DNA of 52,689 bases from a virus (lineage: Duplodnaviria; Caudoviricetes): IMG/VR virus record IMGVR_UViG_3300025322_000532, positions 1 to 52,689 of that record. One strand, written 5' to 3'. Positions 27,468 through 35,449 of the stretch are shown here, piece after piece. The notes beneath the pieces are model-generated. The model was not told where the DNA came from and made no database searches. It was given only the letters and a program-made list of their open reading frames with translations. The position numbers and the translations under genes are program-made. The stretch's first letter is position 1. The number at the start of each line of letters is the position of its first letter.

Positions 27468-28044
27468 TTCGATCCCTTACCTCGCCCGCCAGCATGTGGC
27501 AGATGGCTAAGTGGGCATCCTCAACGATCCGTATGTCCTCGGCCTGGACCCGGATCTCCAGCTCGGCGGCCTTGAACTGGAAGTTCCCGAACCAATGCGG
27601 CCGCATTCCGTCCGGGCCGGTGAGGGCGATGGAGCGGCCTTCGAAGCGCTCGGCGTGATAGAGCGCGTTGATGACGTTCTGGGAAGCCCCGGAGCAGGAG
27701 ATCCCCACGACCACATCATGGGGCCGGGCGAGATCAGCGAGTTGCCGGCTGAAGACCTCGGCATACTCGTAATCATTGGCGTACGCGGTGGCGAGCGGGC
27801 CAAGAGTCAGGGCCTGAGCCCGGACACCGCCAGAGCCAGGAACCCGGCTCCACTTGCGGAGGTCGGTCGCGAAGTGCTCGGCGGTAGACCAACTCCCGCC
27901 GTTACCGCAGACGAAGACCGAACGGCCGTTCTGCCAGGCTTCGAACAGAATGTCGGCCGCCTGGCGGATAGTACCGAGGTCCAGGCTGGCGAGGGCGCTT
28001 TGGAGGGCTTCGGGGTAGGCCGAAAGTACCGTTTGGGGCCTCAT
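27394..28044 (-). CDS. gmhA: Sedoheptulose-7-phosphate (phosphoheptose) isomerase, SIS domain
   Basis: VFVCGNGGS..AEHF..DL, TAYANDYEY.EVFSRQL, GISCSGAS.NV, VEDAH..ICH. Confidence 0.88.
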   Translation of the reverse strand: MRPQTVLSAYPEALQSALASLDLGTIRQAADILFEAWQNGRSVFVCGNGGSWSTAEHFATDLRKWSRVPGSGGVRAQALTLGPLATAYANDYEYAEVFSRQLADLARPHDVVVGISCSGASQNVINALYHAERFEGRSIALTGPDGMRPHWFGNFQFKAAELEIRVQAEDIRIVEDAHLAICHMLAGEVRDRIAQSQEATGATDRVPAALEDQTRS

Positions 28045-28059
28045 CGGGTCTCTCCCAGA

Positions 28060-28617
28060 TCATAGCACAGGCCTTCGGTAATCTTTGACGGCTGCCCACA
28101 GATCTTCAGCCTTAATCAAAGCGAGTTGGTCGGCGGTTTTGAGTTCAAACCATTCCCGCGAAAAAAGCAAACGACTGGACCGAAAAATCACACAAAGGCG
28201 CTGTTCCAGATTACGAGCATACTCAACATAATGACTCCCTACGAGTTCCAGATTCCAATTCTGAAATTCCCATTGCAATCGTCTCAACCTTTCCTGCGGT
28301 TTCCCTGTTTTAGTATGACCAATCTTATAGTAATCAGTACCAACCGCATGAATGATGTATAGATAGCCACGGCTAACATCCGCCCTTCGTTGCTCTAGAT
28401 CAGAATCATTCATGGACTCCAATTTACGATTACGACGCGTGCTCTCATGCGCGCGATTGGAGCGTAAGCGACGTCTTGCCTGATAATCGGGATAGCTGTG
28501 AATCAATTGATAGACCCGCTGTCCTGAGACATGAAAAACCTCACCAATCGCCCGCAGGGATAGATCATCTTGAACTGCCATACGGAGCATTTCAAGCCGT
28601 CTCTCTTCCGATTTCAT
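28060..28617 (-). CDS. HTH (sigma70 region 4-like) + GIY-YIG/T5orf172-like nuclease
   Basis: SLRAIGEVFHVSGQRVYQLI HTH; GYLYII...YYKIGHT...ERLRRLQ...LEQRL...REWF. Lower GC than flanks. Confidence 0.8.
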   Translation of the reverse strand: MKSEERRLEMLRMAVQDDLSLRAIGEVFHVSGQRVYQLIHSYPDYQARRRLRSNRAHESTRRNRKLESMNDSDLEQRRADVSRGYLYIIHAVGTDYYKIGHTKTGKPQERLRRLQWEFQNWNLELVGSHYVEYARNLEQRLCVIFRSSRLLFSREWFELKTADQLALIKAEDLWAAVKDYRRPVL

Positions 28618-28623
28618 GCTTAT

Positions 28624-28658
28624 ATAGTACTTGACAAACGAAAAACGTCAAGTATAAT
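28624..28658. promoter_or_regulatory. Overlapping divergent sigma70 promoters within an inverted repeat
   Basis: Plus strand TTGACA(28631)-16-TATAAT(28653); minus strand TTGACG(28651)-16-TACTAT(28629). Arms TACTTGAC/GTCAAGTA with an 11-bp spacer. Confidence 0.85.
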
Positions 28659-28681
28659 TATTTCGTACGAAGGAGCTTCCG

Positions 28682-29068
28682 ATGACCGAACAGACGTTCG
28701 CCCCCGAGCCGCACCAACAGTTGATCGACGGCCTGACCGTAATGGCGCTGAGGGAAGAGATCACGAAGACCGAGGCGCTCGCCATCATCGAACGGATCAG
28801 CGCCCAGCGTCCCGGCGGCTCCGAGGACTTCGCCGAGGCGATTCTGATCGAGATCCGCAAGGATTACGGATTGGATCCTCTGCCATCGAAGACTGAGGAT
28901 CGCTATCAATCCATGTCCAGCCTTGAGCTTGAGGAGCGGCTGGGCGAGATCAATTATGAATTGCGCCCCGTCGTTATCCCCTTCCGTAGCTTCGGCGATT
29001 ACCAGCGCGAACAGAAGCTGGGTCTCGAAACAGGCTACATCGAAGACGAATTGCAGAGGCGGTCATGA
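28682..29068 (+). CDS. Hypothetical protein (first rightward gene)
   Basis: AAGGAG RBS; ATGA overlap with the next gene. Confidence 0.75.
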   Translation: MTEQTFAPEPHQQLIDGLTVMALREEITKTEALAIIERISAQRPGGSEDFAEAILIEIRKDYGLDPLPSKTEDRYQSMSSLELEERLGEINYELRPVVIPFRSFGDYQREQKLGLETGYIEDELQRRS

Positions 29069-30021
29069 TTGATCTAACCAGTCGAGAAATCTGGCTGCAG
29101 GAACGTAAGACCGGAATCGGGGGTTCGGATGCGTCGGTGGTCTTGGGTGTGAATCCCTACAAGACCGTCCGCGAGCTGTGGCTGGAAAAGACCGGTCGCG
29201 TCCAAGACCTCGAGAAAGAGAGCGGGCCAATCCTGCGCGGGCGGGTTTTAGAGCCAGTCGCCGCCGATCAGTACGCCCAAAAGACCGGCCGCAAAATCCG
29301 GCGCCAGCCGATGCGCCGGCATCCCGAACACCAGTTCATGATCGGGAACGTGGACCGGCAGATCTTGGCGGTCAACGGCGTGGTCTCGACTGGCATCCTC
29401 GAAGTCAAGTGTCCGGGCCTGAAGGCGATCGCCAAGGTCAAGGCCCACGGCCTGCCCGATTACATGACCGTCCAGCTCATGCACTATCTGGCGGTCTACG
29501 AATACAGCTGGGGTTCGTTCGCGCTGTTCAATGCCGAGAATTGGGATCTGATTTGGTTTGATCTGGAAGCGGACCCGATTTTGATCGCGACGATGGTTGA
29601 GCGGGAACGGGAGTTCTGGGGGTGGGTCGAGAACGAGGTCGAGCCGCCCGAAACGGCCCGGGCCGAGGCCGTGGACATCCCCAAGATCGAGGGCGAGCTC
29701 ACGATCGTGAGTGACGAAGCTTGGCAGCGGATGGCCTCGGAGTTGCGGGAGGCCAGGGAGTTGAAGCAGGCGGCCGAGGCCTTGGAAGAGACCGCCAAGA
29801 CTCAGATCCAAGAGCGAATGCACCGCGACGAGTTACACGCGGTCGAGGTCGATGGGATCGCCCGGTTCTACTATCGGTACCAGGCCGGGACCACGAAGTG
29901 GAAGGAGACGGCCGAGGCCATTGCCCGGGCCGCCGATTTGAAGACCGAGGATTACTTGGTCAAAGGCGATGGCTTTACCCGATTCACACCCTACTTCTTG
30001 AGAGGATCAACGGAGGACTGA
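29065..30021 (+). CDS. YqaJ/lambda-exonuclease-like viral recombinase exonuclease
   Basis: WLQERKTGIGGSD, LWLEKTG, RGRVLEP, NVDR, ILEVK, QLMHY. Confidence 0.92.
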   Translation: MIDLTSREIWLQERKTGIGGSDASVVLGVNPYKTVRELWLEKTGRVQDLEKESGPILRGRVLEPVAADQYAQKTGRKIRRQPMRRHPEHQFMIGNVDRQILAVNGVVSTGILEVKCPGLKAIAKVKAHGLPDYMTVQLMHYLAVYEYSWGSFALFNAENWDLIWFDLEADPILIATMVEREREFWGWVENEVEPPETARAEAVDIPKIEGELTIVSDEAWQRMASELREARELKQAAEALEETAKTQIQERMHRDELHAVEVDGIARFYYRYQAGTTKWKETAEAIARAADLKTEDYLVKGDGFTRFTPYFLRGSTED

Positions 30022-30022
30022 C

Positions 30023-31135
30023 ATGGGCGCAGTAAAAGAATTAGCAGAACGGACGGGAGAAGGCGCAGCGGAGCAACGTCCGAAGCCGACCTTCACGTTG
30101 GCGATGAAGAACCAACTGGAGGGGGCCCGGGATCAGATCATGGCCGCATTACCGGATCGCATTGACGCGGAACGCTTCATGATGGTGGCGCTGACGGCAA
30201 TCACTCGCAACGACAAGCTACAGGAGTGCGGCCTGCCGAGCGTCTTTTTAGCCGTGATGGAGTGCGCCCGGACGGGCTTGTATCCAGACGGCCAGGAGGC
30301 CGCGATCATCCCGTACAAAGGCGTTGCGGAATTCCAGCCGATGGTGCAGGGCATCACGCGGCTGATGCTGCGCTCGCCCGGTCTGACAAAGGTGGAGGCG
30401 CGGGCAGTCTTCGAAGGCGATGTGTTCCATTTCAACTACGGCCTTCATCCAGATCTGGTGCATGTGCCTCTCGGAACAGACACGGCCGGACGCAAATTGA
30501 CTCATGCCTATGCCATCATGTGGCGACAGGGCGCGGAGCCAACTTTCGAGGTAGTGGATCGGGATGTGGTTGAGGCCGCGCGGTTGACATCAAGAGCTCC
30601 GAACGGACCGGCCTGGGGCAATCCCCTCTGGTACCCGGAGATGGCCCGCAAGGTGGCGCTCAAGCGTCTAGGGAAATACGCCGACCTATCACCGGAGGCG
30701 AGCCGGGCGATCGCCCTGGACAACTTAGTGGTCGGCGGTGGCGAAAAGTGGACGGATTACGAGCCAGAGGGCGTGTCGCCAGAATACCGTAATCAGCTAG
30801 TGCGAAGTCAGACCGAGGCCGGGATCGCCCGGCTCAAGGATAAGATGGCTGGGGCTGACGGGCCTGCGCCTGCGCTGGCTGAACCCGAAGTGATCGAACG
30901 GCACGCGGTTAAATCTTGGCCGCCCGCGTACGTCAACGAGCTGGTGACTCAGGGCCTGGCCGATAACCCGGACCACGCCCTGAACGTTCTCATCATGTCG
31001 CCGTTCGAGACTAAGGAACCGCTCCAGAACGTCGTGCGCTGGGCGAAGATCTACCGGGCGCGGCGGGAAGAAGGCTTAGAGACGGACGTAGCCGCCGAGG
31101 TCGCGACCCAAGAATACCGGACATCCACGAAATGA
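30023..31135 (+). CDS. recT: RecT-family single-strand annealing protein
   Basis: Paired with YqaJ. ERFM..ALT, CARTGLYPD..EAAIIPY, AVFEGDVF...YG, EMARKVALKRLGKY. Confidence 0.9.
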   Translation: MGAVKELAERTGEGAAEQRPKPTFTLAMKNQLEGARDQIMAALPDRIDAERFMMVALTAITRNDKLQECGLPSVFLAVMECARTGLYPDGQEAAIIPYKGVAEFQPMVQGITRLMLRSPGLTKVEARAVFEGDVFHFNYGLHPDLVHVPLGTDTAGRKLTHAYAIMWRQGAEPTFEVVDRDVVEAARLTSRAPNGPAWGNPLWYPEMARKVALKRLGKYADLSPEASRAIALDNLVVGGGEKWTDYEPEGVSPEYRNQLVRSQTEAGIARLKDKMAGADGPAPALAEPEVIERHAVKSWPPAYVNELVTQGLADNPDHALNVLIMSPFETKEPLQNVVRWAKIYRARREEGLETDVAAEVATQEYRTSTK

Positions 31136-31395
31136 CTGCGCCAGTCCTGAAGGTAGTAAGAGCGAAAGAAATCCTGGCCGATCCGTTCAAGGATCATGAA
31201 ACCCTCACAGATCGAGAACGGGAGATTGCCCGCCTGACCGCCCGTGGCCTGTCGGTCAAGAAGGTGGCCGCCGAACTCGGGATCGCCCCGTCTACGGTCT
31301 CAGCCTTGCTGGGCCGAGTGAGCCTGCGGCTGGGCCTGGATCGAGGGGGGATGACACAGAAGATGATTGAGCGGCTAGAGGAGGCATTGAAATGA
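31132..31395 (+). CDS. LuxR-type HTH protein
   Basis: LTDREREIARLTARGLSVKKVAAELGIAPSTV. Confidence 0.85.
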   Translation: MTAPVLKVVRAKEILADPFKDHETLTDREREIARLTARGLSVKKVAAELGIAPSTVSALLGRVSLRLGLDRGGMTQKMIERLEEALK

Positions 31396-31535
31396 GACGG
31401 ATAACTATGAACTCGATTACGGCAGTTACGGCGGTCATCGCTATAGTGTTGATCGCAAAGGGTTCGGAGGTCCCTATTTGGGCCTCTGCTCTCGCCGGTA
31501 GCCTATTTGTTTTCGCTTGGATATTCAAGCCGTAG
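31392..31535 (+). CDS. Small two-TM membrane protein (47 aa)
   Basis: ATGA overlap, GGAGG RBS; MRRITMNSITAVTAVIAIVLIAKGSEVPIWASALAGSLFVFAWIFKP. Confidence 0.55.
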   Translation: MRRITMNSITAVTAVIAIVLIAKGSEVPIWASALAGSLFVFAWIFKP

Positions 31536-31612
31536 GGGATTCCAGGCCGATCCGACCGTGACCCCGCACAAGGCAATCTCGTGCTCCCCCGCGGCAGATC
31601 GGCCTGTTTCCC
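31536..31612 (+). other. Long intergenic stem-loop
   Basis: CAGGCCGATC (31543-52) pairs with GATCGGCCTG (31597-606), with inner CCGTG/CGCGG and GCAC/GTGC helices. Confidence 0.6.
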
Positions 31613-31629
31613 AATAATGAGGAACCGAC

Positions 31630-31914
31630 ATGCCATTTCCAAATTATGAGGGCATACCAGAACACATGCGAAGTGGAGCGAAGCTATATATTGACCGTGG
31701 GCTTCCTCCAGGATCTTTTCTGAGGGCAGTCCTAGAGAACGATCTAACTGGCGCGGCGGGACGCGCCGATGACATCAACGTGGCGCGTCTTCTCGATTGG
31801 GTGATGTGGCTACATTCGGATATTCCAGGCGAAGCCTGGGGCAGTCCCGAGAAGGTGAATGCGTGGATTGTACGAGGCGGGATGGCAGATGATCGCAAGG
31901 GCATCAATGCCTAG
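31630..31914 (+). CDS. Hypothetical phage protein
   Basis: GAGG RBS; YIDRGLPPGSFLRAVLENDL...AWGSPEKV. Confidence 0.75.
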   Translation: MPFPNYEGIPEHMRSGAKLYIDRGLPPGSFLRAVLENDLTGAAGRADDINVARLLDWVMWLHSDIPGEAWGSPEKVNAWIVRGGMADDRKGINA

Positions 31915-32043
31915 TCATGATATGATGCCCTCGGCATCGGGTCCCTTAGCGGCCCGTGTCCACAAGATCGCTCGATTCATCCCCCGCCCCTCGGTGCCGG
32001 AAGCTCCTACGGGTAAACAGACACGGGGGATGAGTCGCGTCTG

Positions 32044-32355
32044 ATGACCGAATACACCTATACGTCGCTGGTGGGCTATACCCAGCACGTCCTCTCCGGC
32101 AAAGCCACCAGCCAGAACAATCGGATCTTGACCTGCCTGTTCGAGTCCGCGGTCCCGCTCTGCCGGCGCCAGATCATGAAACTCACGGGCATCGAGATCA
32201 ACGCAGTATGCGGGCGGGTGAACACGCTGATCAAGTCTGAGCTCCTGCGGGTCGCCTATGAAGCGGTCGATCCCGCGACGGGTCGGCTCGCGCAGTTCAT
32301 CGAACCGACCTGGCCGCAGCTCAAGCAGAAATCATTCGAGGAGTTCCTACGATGA
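32044..32355 (+). CDS. Winged-HTH-like DNA-binding protein
   Basis: RRQIMKLTGIEINAVCGRVNTLIKSELL. Confidence 0.65.
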   Translation: MTEYTYTSLVGYTQHVLSGKATSQNNRILTCLFESAVPLCRRQIMKLTGIEINAVCGRVNTLIKSELLRVAYEAVDPATGRLAQFIEPTWPQLKQKSFEEFLR

Positions 32356-32672
32356 GCAAACTAAACCTAGCCGACAGGATTCACCGCGCAGTCGCTGGCT
32401 ATGAGGAAGGGGCGTGGGTTCCCGAGAGCTATGCCACAGTTGAGCATATCCAACTTCTGAGCGAGGCTAGGGATGCTTTGAGAAGTCTGGAGGCAATGGA
32501 GCGGTCCATTCGTGAATTCGTTTATCAAAACGAAACCGTGAGGTGGCACATCATTGAGCCTCCGATCGGGAAGGGCGAATCGTCCCTTGATGAGGCCTAC
32601 AAGGACATGAAAGCCAGCTTGCCGGCAGCGGAGGAGGAGCCTGATGCCCTACGATCTGATGCCACCGAATGA
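32352..32672 (+). CDS. Hypothetical protein
   Basis: ATGA coupling and GAGGAG RBS. Confidence 0.6.
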   Translation: MSKLNLADRIHRAVAGYEEGAWVPESYATVEHIQLLSEARDALRSLEAMERSIREFVYQNETVRWHIIEPPIGKGESSLDEAYKDMKASLPAAEEEPDALRSDATE

Positions 32673-32829
32673 AACGCCACTGCCCATCGGCTTATACAGC
32701 GTCTTGTCCGTCACGGACCTGAGGATCAAACAGGATGGCAAGCCCTGGCGGACGGTGAGGGCGATGGCCTGGCGGCCGGAGGAGCTGGCGGAGTTCTTGC
32801 GGCAGATGTTGGGTCAGCGACAGAAGTAG
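32644..32829 (+). CDS. Hypothetical protein
   Basis: GGAGGAG RBS before ATG. Confidence 0.5.
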   Translation: MPYDLMPPNETPLPIGLYSVLSVTDLRIKQDGKPWRTVRAMAWRPEELAEFLRQMLGQRQK

Positions 32830-32852
32830 GCCGAAGCCGTGGCGATTGACGG

Positions 32853-32881
32853 TTGACAGGATGCGAGGCTAGACTTATCAT
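32853..32881 (+). promoter_or_regulatory. sigma70-like promoter
   Basis: TTGACA-17 bp-TATCAT; overlapping TTGACG-18-TAGACT at 32846-32875. Confidence 0.7.
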
Positions 32882-32887
32882 GTGTTT

Positions 32888-33270
32888 GTGCCTGGGAAGC
32901 ATGGAATTGGCGTTCATCGTCCAGCGGGGTCTGCGGGAGAAGTTGTGGCTTCCCAGGCCTCCGCAAACCCCCTGGACAATGAGCGCCAGTCGTTTAACGG
33001 CGGGTGCTGCGTTGCCGCCTTACCAAACGCGCATCCACATAGCGCCCTCATACGCGGGACAGCCTCGGAACCCTTCCGCATCGGCGCACAAAAGTCCAGA
33101 TGCTCAGACCGTCCGCGCCCTGAGGGGTGCTTCAGCTCAGGGTAAAGCGCGACCTGGACCGTCCTCGCCGATCTTGGCTGAGGTGGCTGAAGCATGATGT
33201 GGGCCATCCACTGTAACGTCCGATGGCGCCTGAAACCCCGACCCTTGAGGCTGGGGATCATCGCGCCTGA
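32888..33270 (+). ncRNA. Candidate large structured RNA with two pseudoknots, upstream of the HNH gene
   Basis: Long hairpin 32908-32988 whose loop GCTTCCCAGGC pairs with 5' GCCTGGGAAGC. Nested helices 33080-33172 with loop TGCTTCAG pairing CTGAAGCA (33187-94). Further small hairpins follow. Confidence 0.55.
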
Positions 33271-33289
33271 AATCGGAAGGAAAGTGAAT

Positions 33290-33700
33290 GTGACCTACGT
33301 CAAGCCAAAGAAGGCACCTTCCAATCCGATGATTCTCCCCGACGTTCCAGGAACCTCTTCGCGGTGCCGAGCAATAACAGCAAGCGGAAGACAGTGCAAG
33401 GGGTGGGTTCGTTTCGGTGGCTTCTGTCATATTCATGATCCGCAAGGAACGTATCAGAACAGCGGCAAGACGAAACGGACTTTGCCAGTCATTTACAGGG
33501 ATTACCTCCGCTCCGAACATTGGCTGACGTTTCGTAGCAAAGCACTTGAGCATTACGGTTATCGGTGTGCGAACTGTCAAGCTAAACGAGAGGACGTAAC
33601 GCTAGATGTGCATCATCTAACCTACGAAACTCTTTGGCATGAGACAGTCGATGATGTTCTGGTGGTTTGTCGGAAATGCCACATAGAGCTGACCGCTTGA
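33290..33700 (+). CDS. Compact Zn-finger + HNH endonuclease (~136 aa)
   Basis: CRAITASGRQC...FCHIH finger; YLRSEHW...RCANC...VHHLTY...LVVCRKCH. GTG 33290 has an AAGGA RBS (ORF track start is 33194). Confidence 0.85.
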   Translation: MTYVKPKKAPSNPMILPDVPGTSSRCRAITASGRQCKGWVRFGGFCHIHDPQGTYQNSGKTKRTLPVIYRDYLRSEHWLTFRSKALEHYGYRCANCQAKREDVTLDVHHLTYETLWHETVDDVLVVCRKCHIELTA

Positions 33701-33742
33701 GCGAAGCCTCGTGGCTCCGACAGGTGAAGATAGTCGCGCCTA

Positions 33743-34099
33743 ATGATCGACCATCAGTCAGAACGAGTATTAGGGCAAACGAACCCCGATCCGCTAAGCG
33801 AGGTCCTAGGCACAGGATATAGCAGGTTTCAATCGCCTACTGGGATTGATGGCTTGGCGAAAGAGGAAAAGGATCGGCTTGATCTACTGGCATTCAACGC
33901 GCTGGTTCCGGGCATCGGTCAGTTTCGGAGATTCATTCAGCGATGTAAACGGGAGTACGAAACGATCTGCATCTGGGAGATCTGGAATCCGATGCTTCAT
34001 GAAGTCCTGCAGCGGTATGGCTTTCGGGCCTACTCGGAAAAGGATCGTGATACAGGAGAACTGCTTGAAGGGTATCGCTATGATGCCGGGAGCAGGTGA
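33743..34099 (+). CDS. Hypothetical protein
   Basis: 118-aa ORF in the operon direction. Confidence 0.6.
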   Translation: MIDHQSERVLGQTNPDPLSEVLGTGYSRFQSPTGIDGLAKEEKDRLDLLAFNALVPGIGQFRRFIQRCKREYETICIWEIWNPMLHEVLQRYGFRAYSEKDRDTGELLEGYRYDAGSR

Positions 34100-34124
34100 G
34101 CCAGATAGTCGGCGGGAGGATGGG

Positions 34125-34454
34125 ATGAGCGAGACAATGAGCCAAGTGGACATTTTCCGCGCCACAGCACTGAAGGCGGAGGAGGATGCCAGGGTGATGC
34201 AGGGTTTCCCCGGATCGGAATATCCAGCCCGCGTCGCTCGGATCGGCCTACGGGCCATTGATGAACTCGAATCCGAACTCGCCCGGGCCAGAGCCAACGT
34301 AGAGGTGCTGGAACGAGACGCCCGCAGGTATCAATGGCTGCGCGCGGGTAATGCTTATGCTCCCGAAGAGAACATGGTCCGTGGGGACGATGAGTTGGAC
34401 CGTTTGTGTGACGATGCTATCAGCAGCCTTGCTGGAAGAGCAACAGATGAGTGA
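34125..34454 (+). CDS. Hypothetical phage protein
   Basis: GGAGGA RBS; DARRYQWLR motif common in small phage ORFs. Confidence 0.65.
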   Translation: MSETMSQVDIFRATALKAEEDARVMQGFPGSEYPARVARIGLRAIDELESELARARANVEVLERDARRYQWLRAGNAYAPEENMVRGDDELDRLCDDAISSLAGRATDE

Positions 34455-34752
34455 CCTTGGCATACGACCTATGACGGTGAGCGAACGCCTTGCCATGCGC
34501 TTGGAGGGTTCGCCTGATCCAGACAAGGACGATGGTTATGCCATGTATCCCAACTGGCAGCTCCGCATGGAAATTGCTGATGCCAAAGCCCTCGAATCCG
34601 AACTCGCCCTGCTCCGAAGGGCGGTTGCGCAGTTAGGCCATGCTTGGCATGATGCGAGGAAGAAGGAGCCGCATCTAGAGATGTATTCTTTCGACTTCTA
34701 TAGCATCGATCCCGACGTATTGGATCTCATCAAGGAACCCGAACCCAAGTGA
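34447..34752 (+). CDS. Hypothetical protein
   Basis: Overlaps both neighbours; shares LESELA with the previous ORF. Confidence 0.55.
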   Translation: MSDLGIRPMTVSERLAMRLEGSPDPDKDDGYAMYPNWQLRMEIADAKALESELALLRRAVAQLGHAWHDARKKEPHLEMYSFDFYSIDPDVLDLIKEPEPK

Positions 34753-34991
34753 CCCAGCCCATCTCCGAGAGGCCTTCCCCGATTCAAACCCAGAAGTGCA
34801 AAGCCTGTGCCGCGCCGATCTTCTTTGTCAAGACTGCCGCGACCGGGAAATTCATGCCGCTCGACGCGCGCCCCGAGCGCCGCATCTGGCTCGACAAAGC
34901 CGGCAAGGCGCATTCGGTGTCTGTGTTCGTTCCGCATCACAGCACTTGTTCCGATGCAGATCAGTTCCGAAAGAAGGCAACCGCCCAATGA
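34749..34991 (+). CDS. Small Zn-binding phage protein
   Basis: CKACAAPIFFVKT..GKFMPLDA...HHSTC.DADQF; GTGA coupling. Confidence 0.7.
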   Translation: MTQPISERPSPIQTQKCKACAAPIFFVKTAATGKFMPLDARPERRIWLDKAGKAHSVSVFVPHHSTCSDADQFRKKATAQ

Positions 34992-35449
34992 CCCGCTACG
35001 CCGCCCAGACCACCGTCTCTGAGGACCGATCCCGGTCCGAGATTGAGCGGATCCTCAAGCGCTACGGCGCCACAGGCTTCATGTACGGCTGGACCGGAAG
35101 CGATGCTCTTCTTGGTTTTGTGGCCCATACCCGACAGATCAAGATCGTGCTCGCGCTCCCAAGCCTGGAAGATGTCAGCAAGACTCCGAGTGGACGCAAG
35201 CGTTACTCTGCCGCGGCTCGACTTCGAGCGCATGGATTCGCCACCCGGCAGAAATGGCGAGCGCTGGCCCTGGTCATCAAGGCCAAGCTGGAAGCGATCG
35301 AGAGCGGGATCAGCACCTTTGATGAGGAGTTCTTAGCCTGGACGCTACTCCCAACTGGACAGACCGTGGGCCAGACATTCATCCCTCAGATTGACGACGC
35401 ATACAAGACTGGGAGGATGCCTCCCCTCCTGACAGGCGGCCATGACTGA
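34988..35449 (+). CDS. Hypothetical phage protein
   Basis: ATGA coupling; YAAQTTVS..RSRSEIERILKRYGA...WRALALVIKAKLEA. Confidence 0.8.
   Translation: MTRYAAQTTVSEDRSRSEIERILKRYGATGFMYGWTGSDALLGFVAHTRQIKIVLALPSLEDVSKTPSGRKRYSAAARLRAHGFATRQKWRALALVIKAKLEAIESGISTFDEEFLAWTLLPTGQTVGQTFIPQIDDAYKTGRMPPLLTGGHD

Noticed and set aside
10-27803. Many long plus-strand ORFs opposite the late genes (e.g. 4460-5467, 5951-6820, 12659-13807, 22460-23341)
   Set aside because: Antisense shadows of GC-rich coding sequence; no motifs, RBS or coupling.
32853-33261. ORFs 32853-33197, 32882-33145 and 32914-33261 as proteins
   Set aside because: No RBS or motifs; one starts in the -35 box; extensive base-pairing explains the region better.
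32888-33270. Identification as RNase P, tmRNA, tRNA, group I/II intron or hammerhead
   Set aside because: Only a partial AAAGTCC resemblance; the diagnostic conserved cores and ends are missing and no gene is interrupted.
33194-33700. IscB/OMEGA nuclease call
   Set aside because: Too short, with no PLMP or RuvC motifs; only the RNA-upstream-of-HNH layout is analogous.
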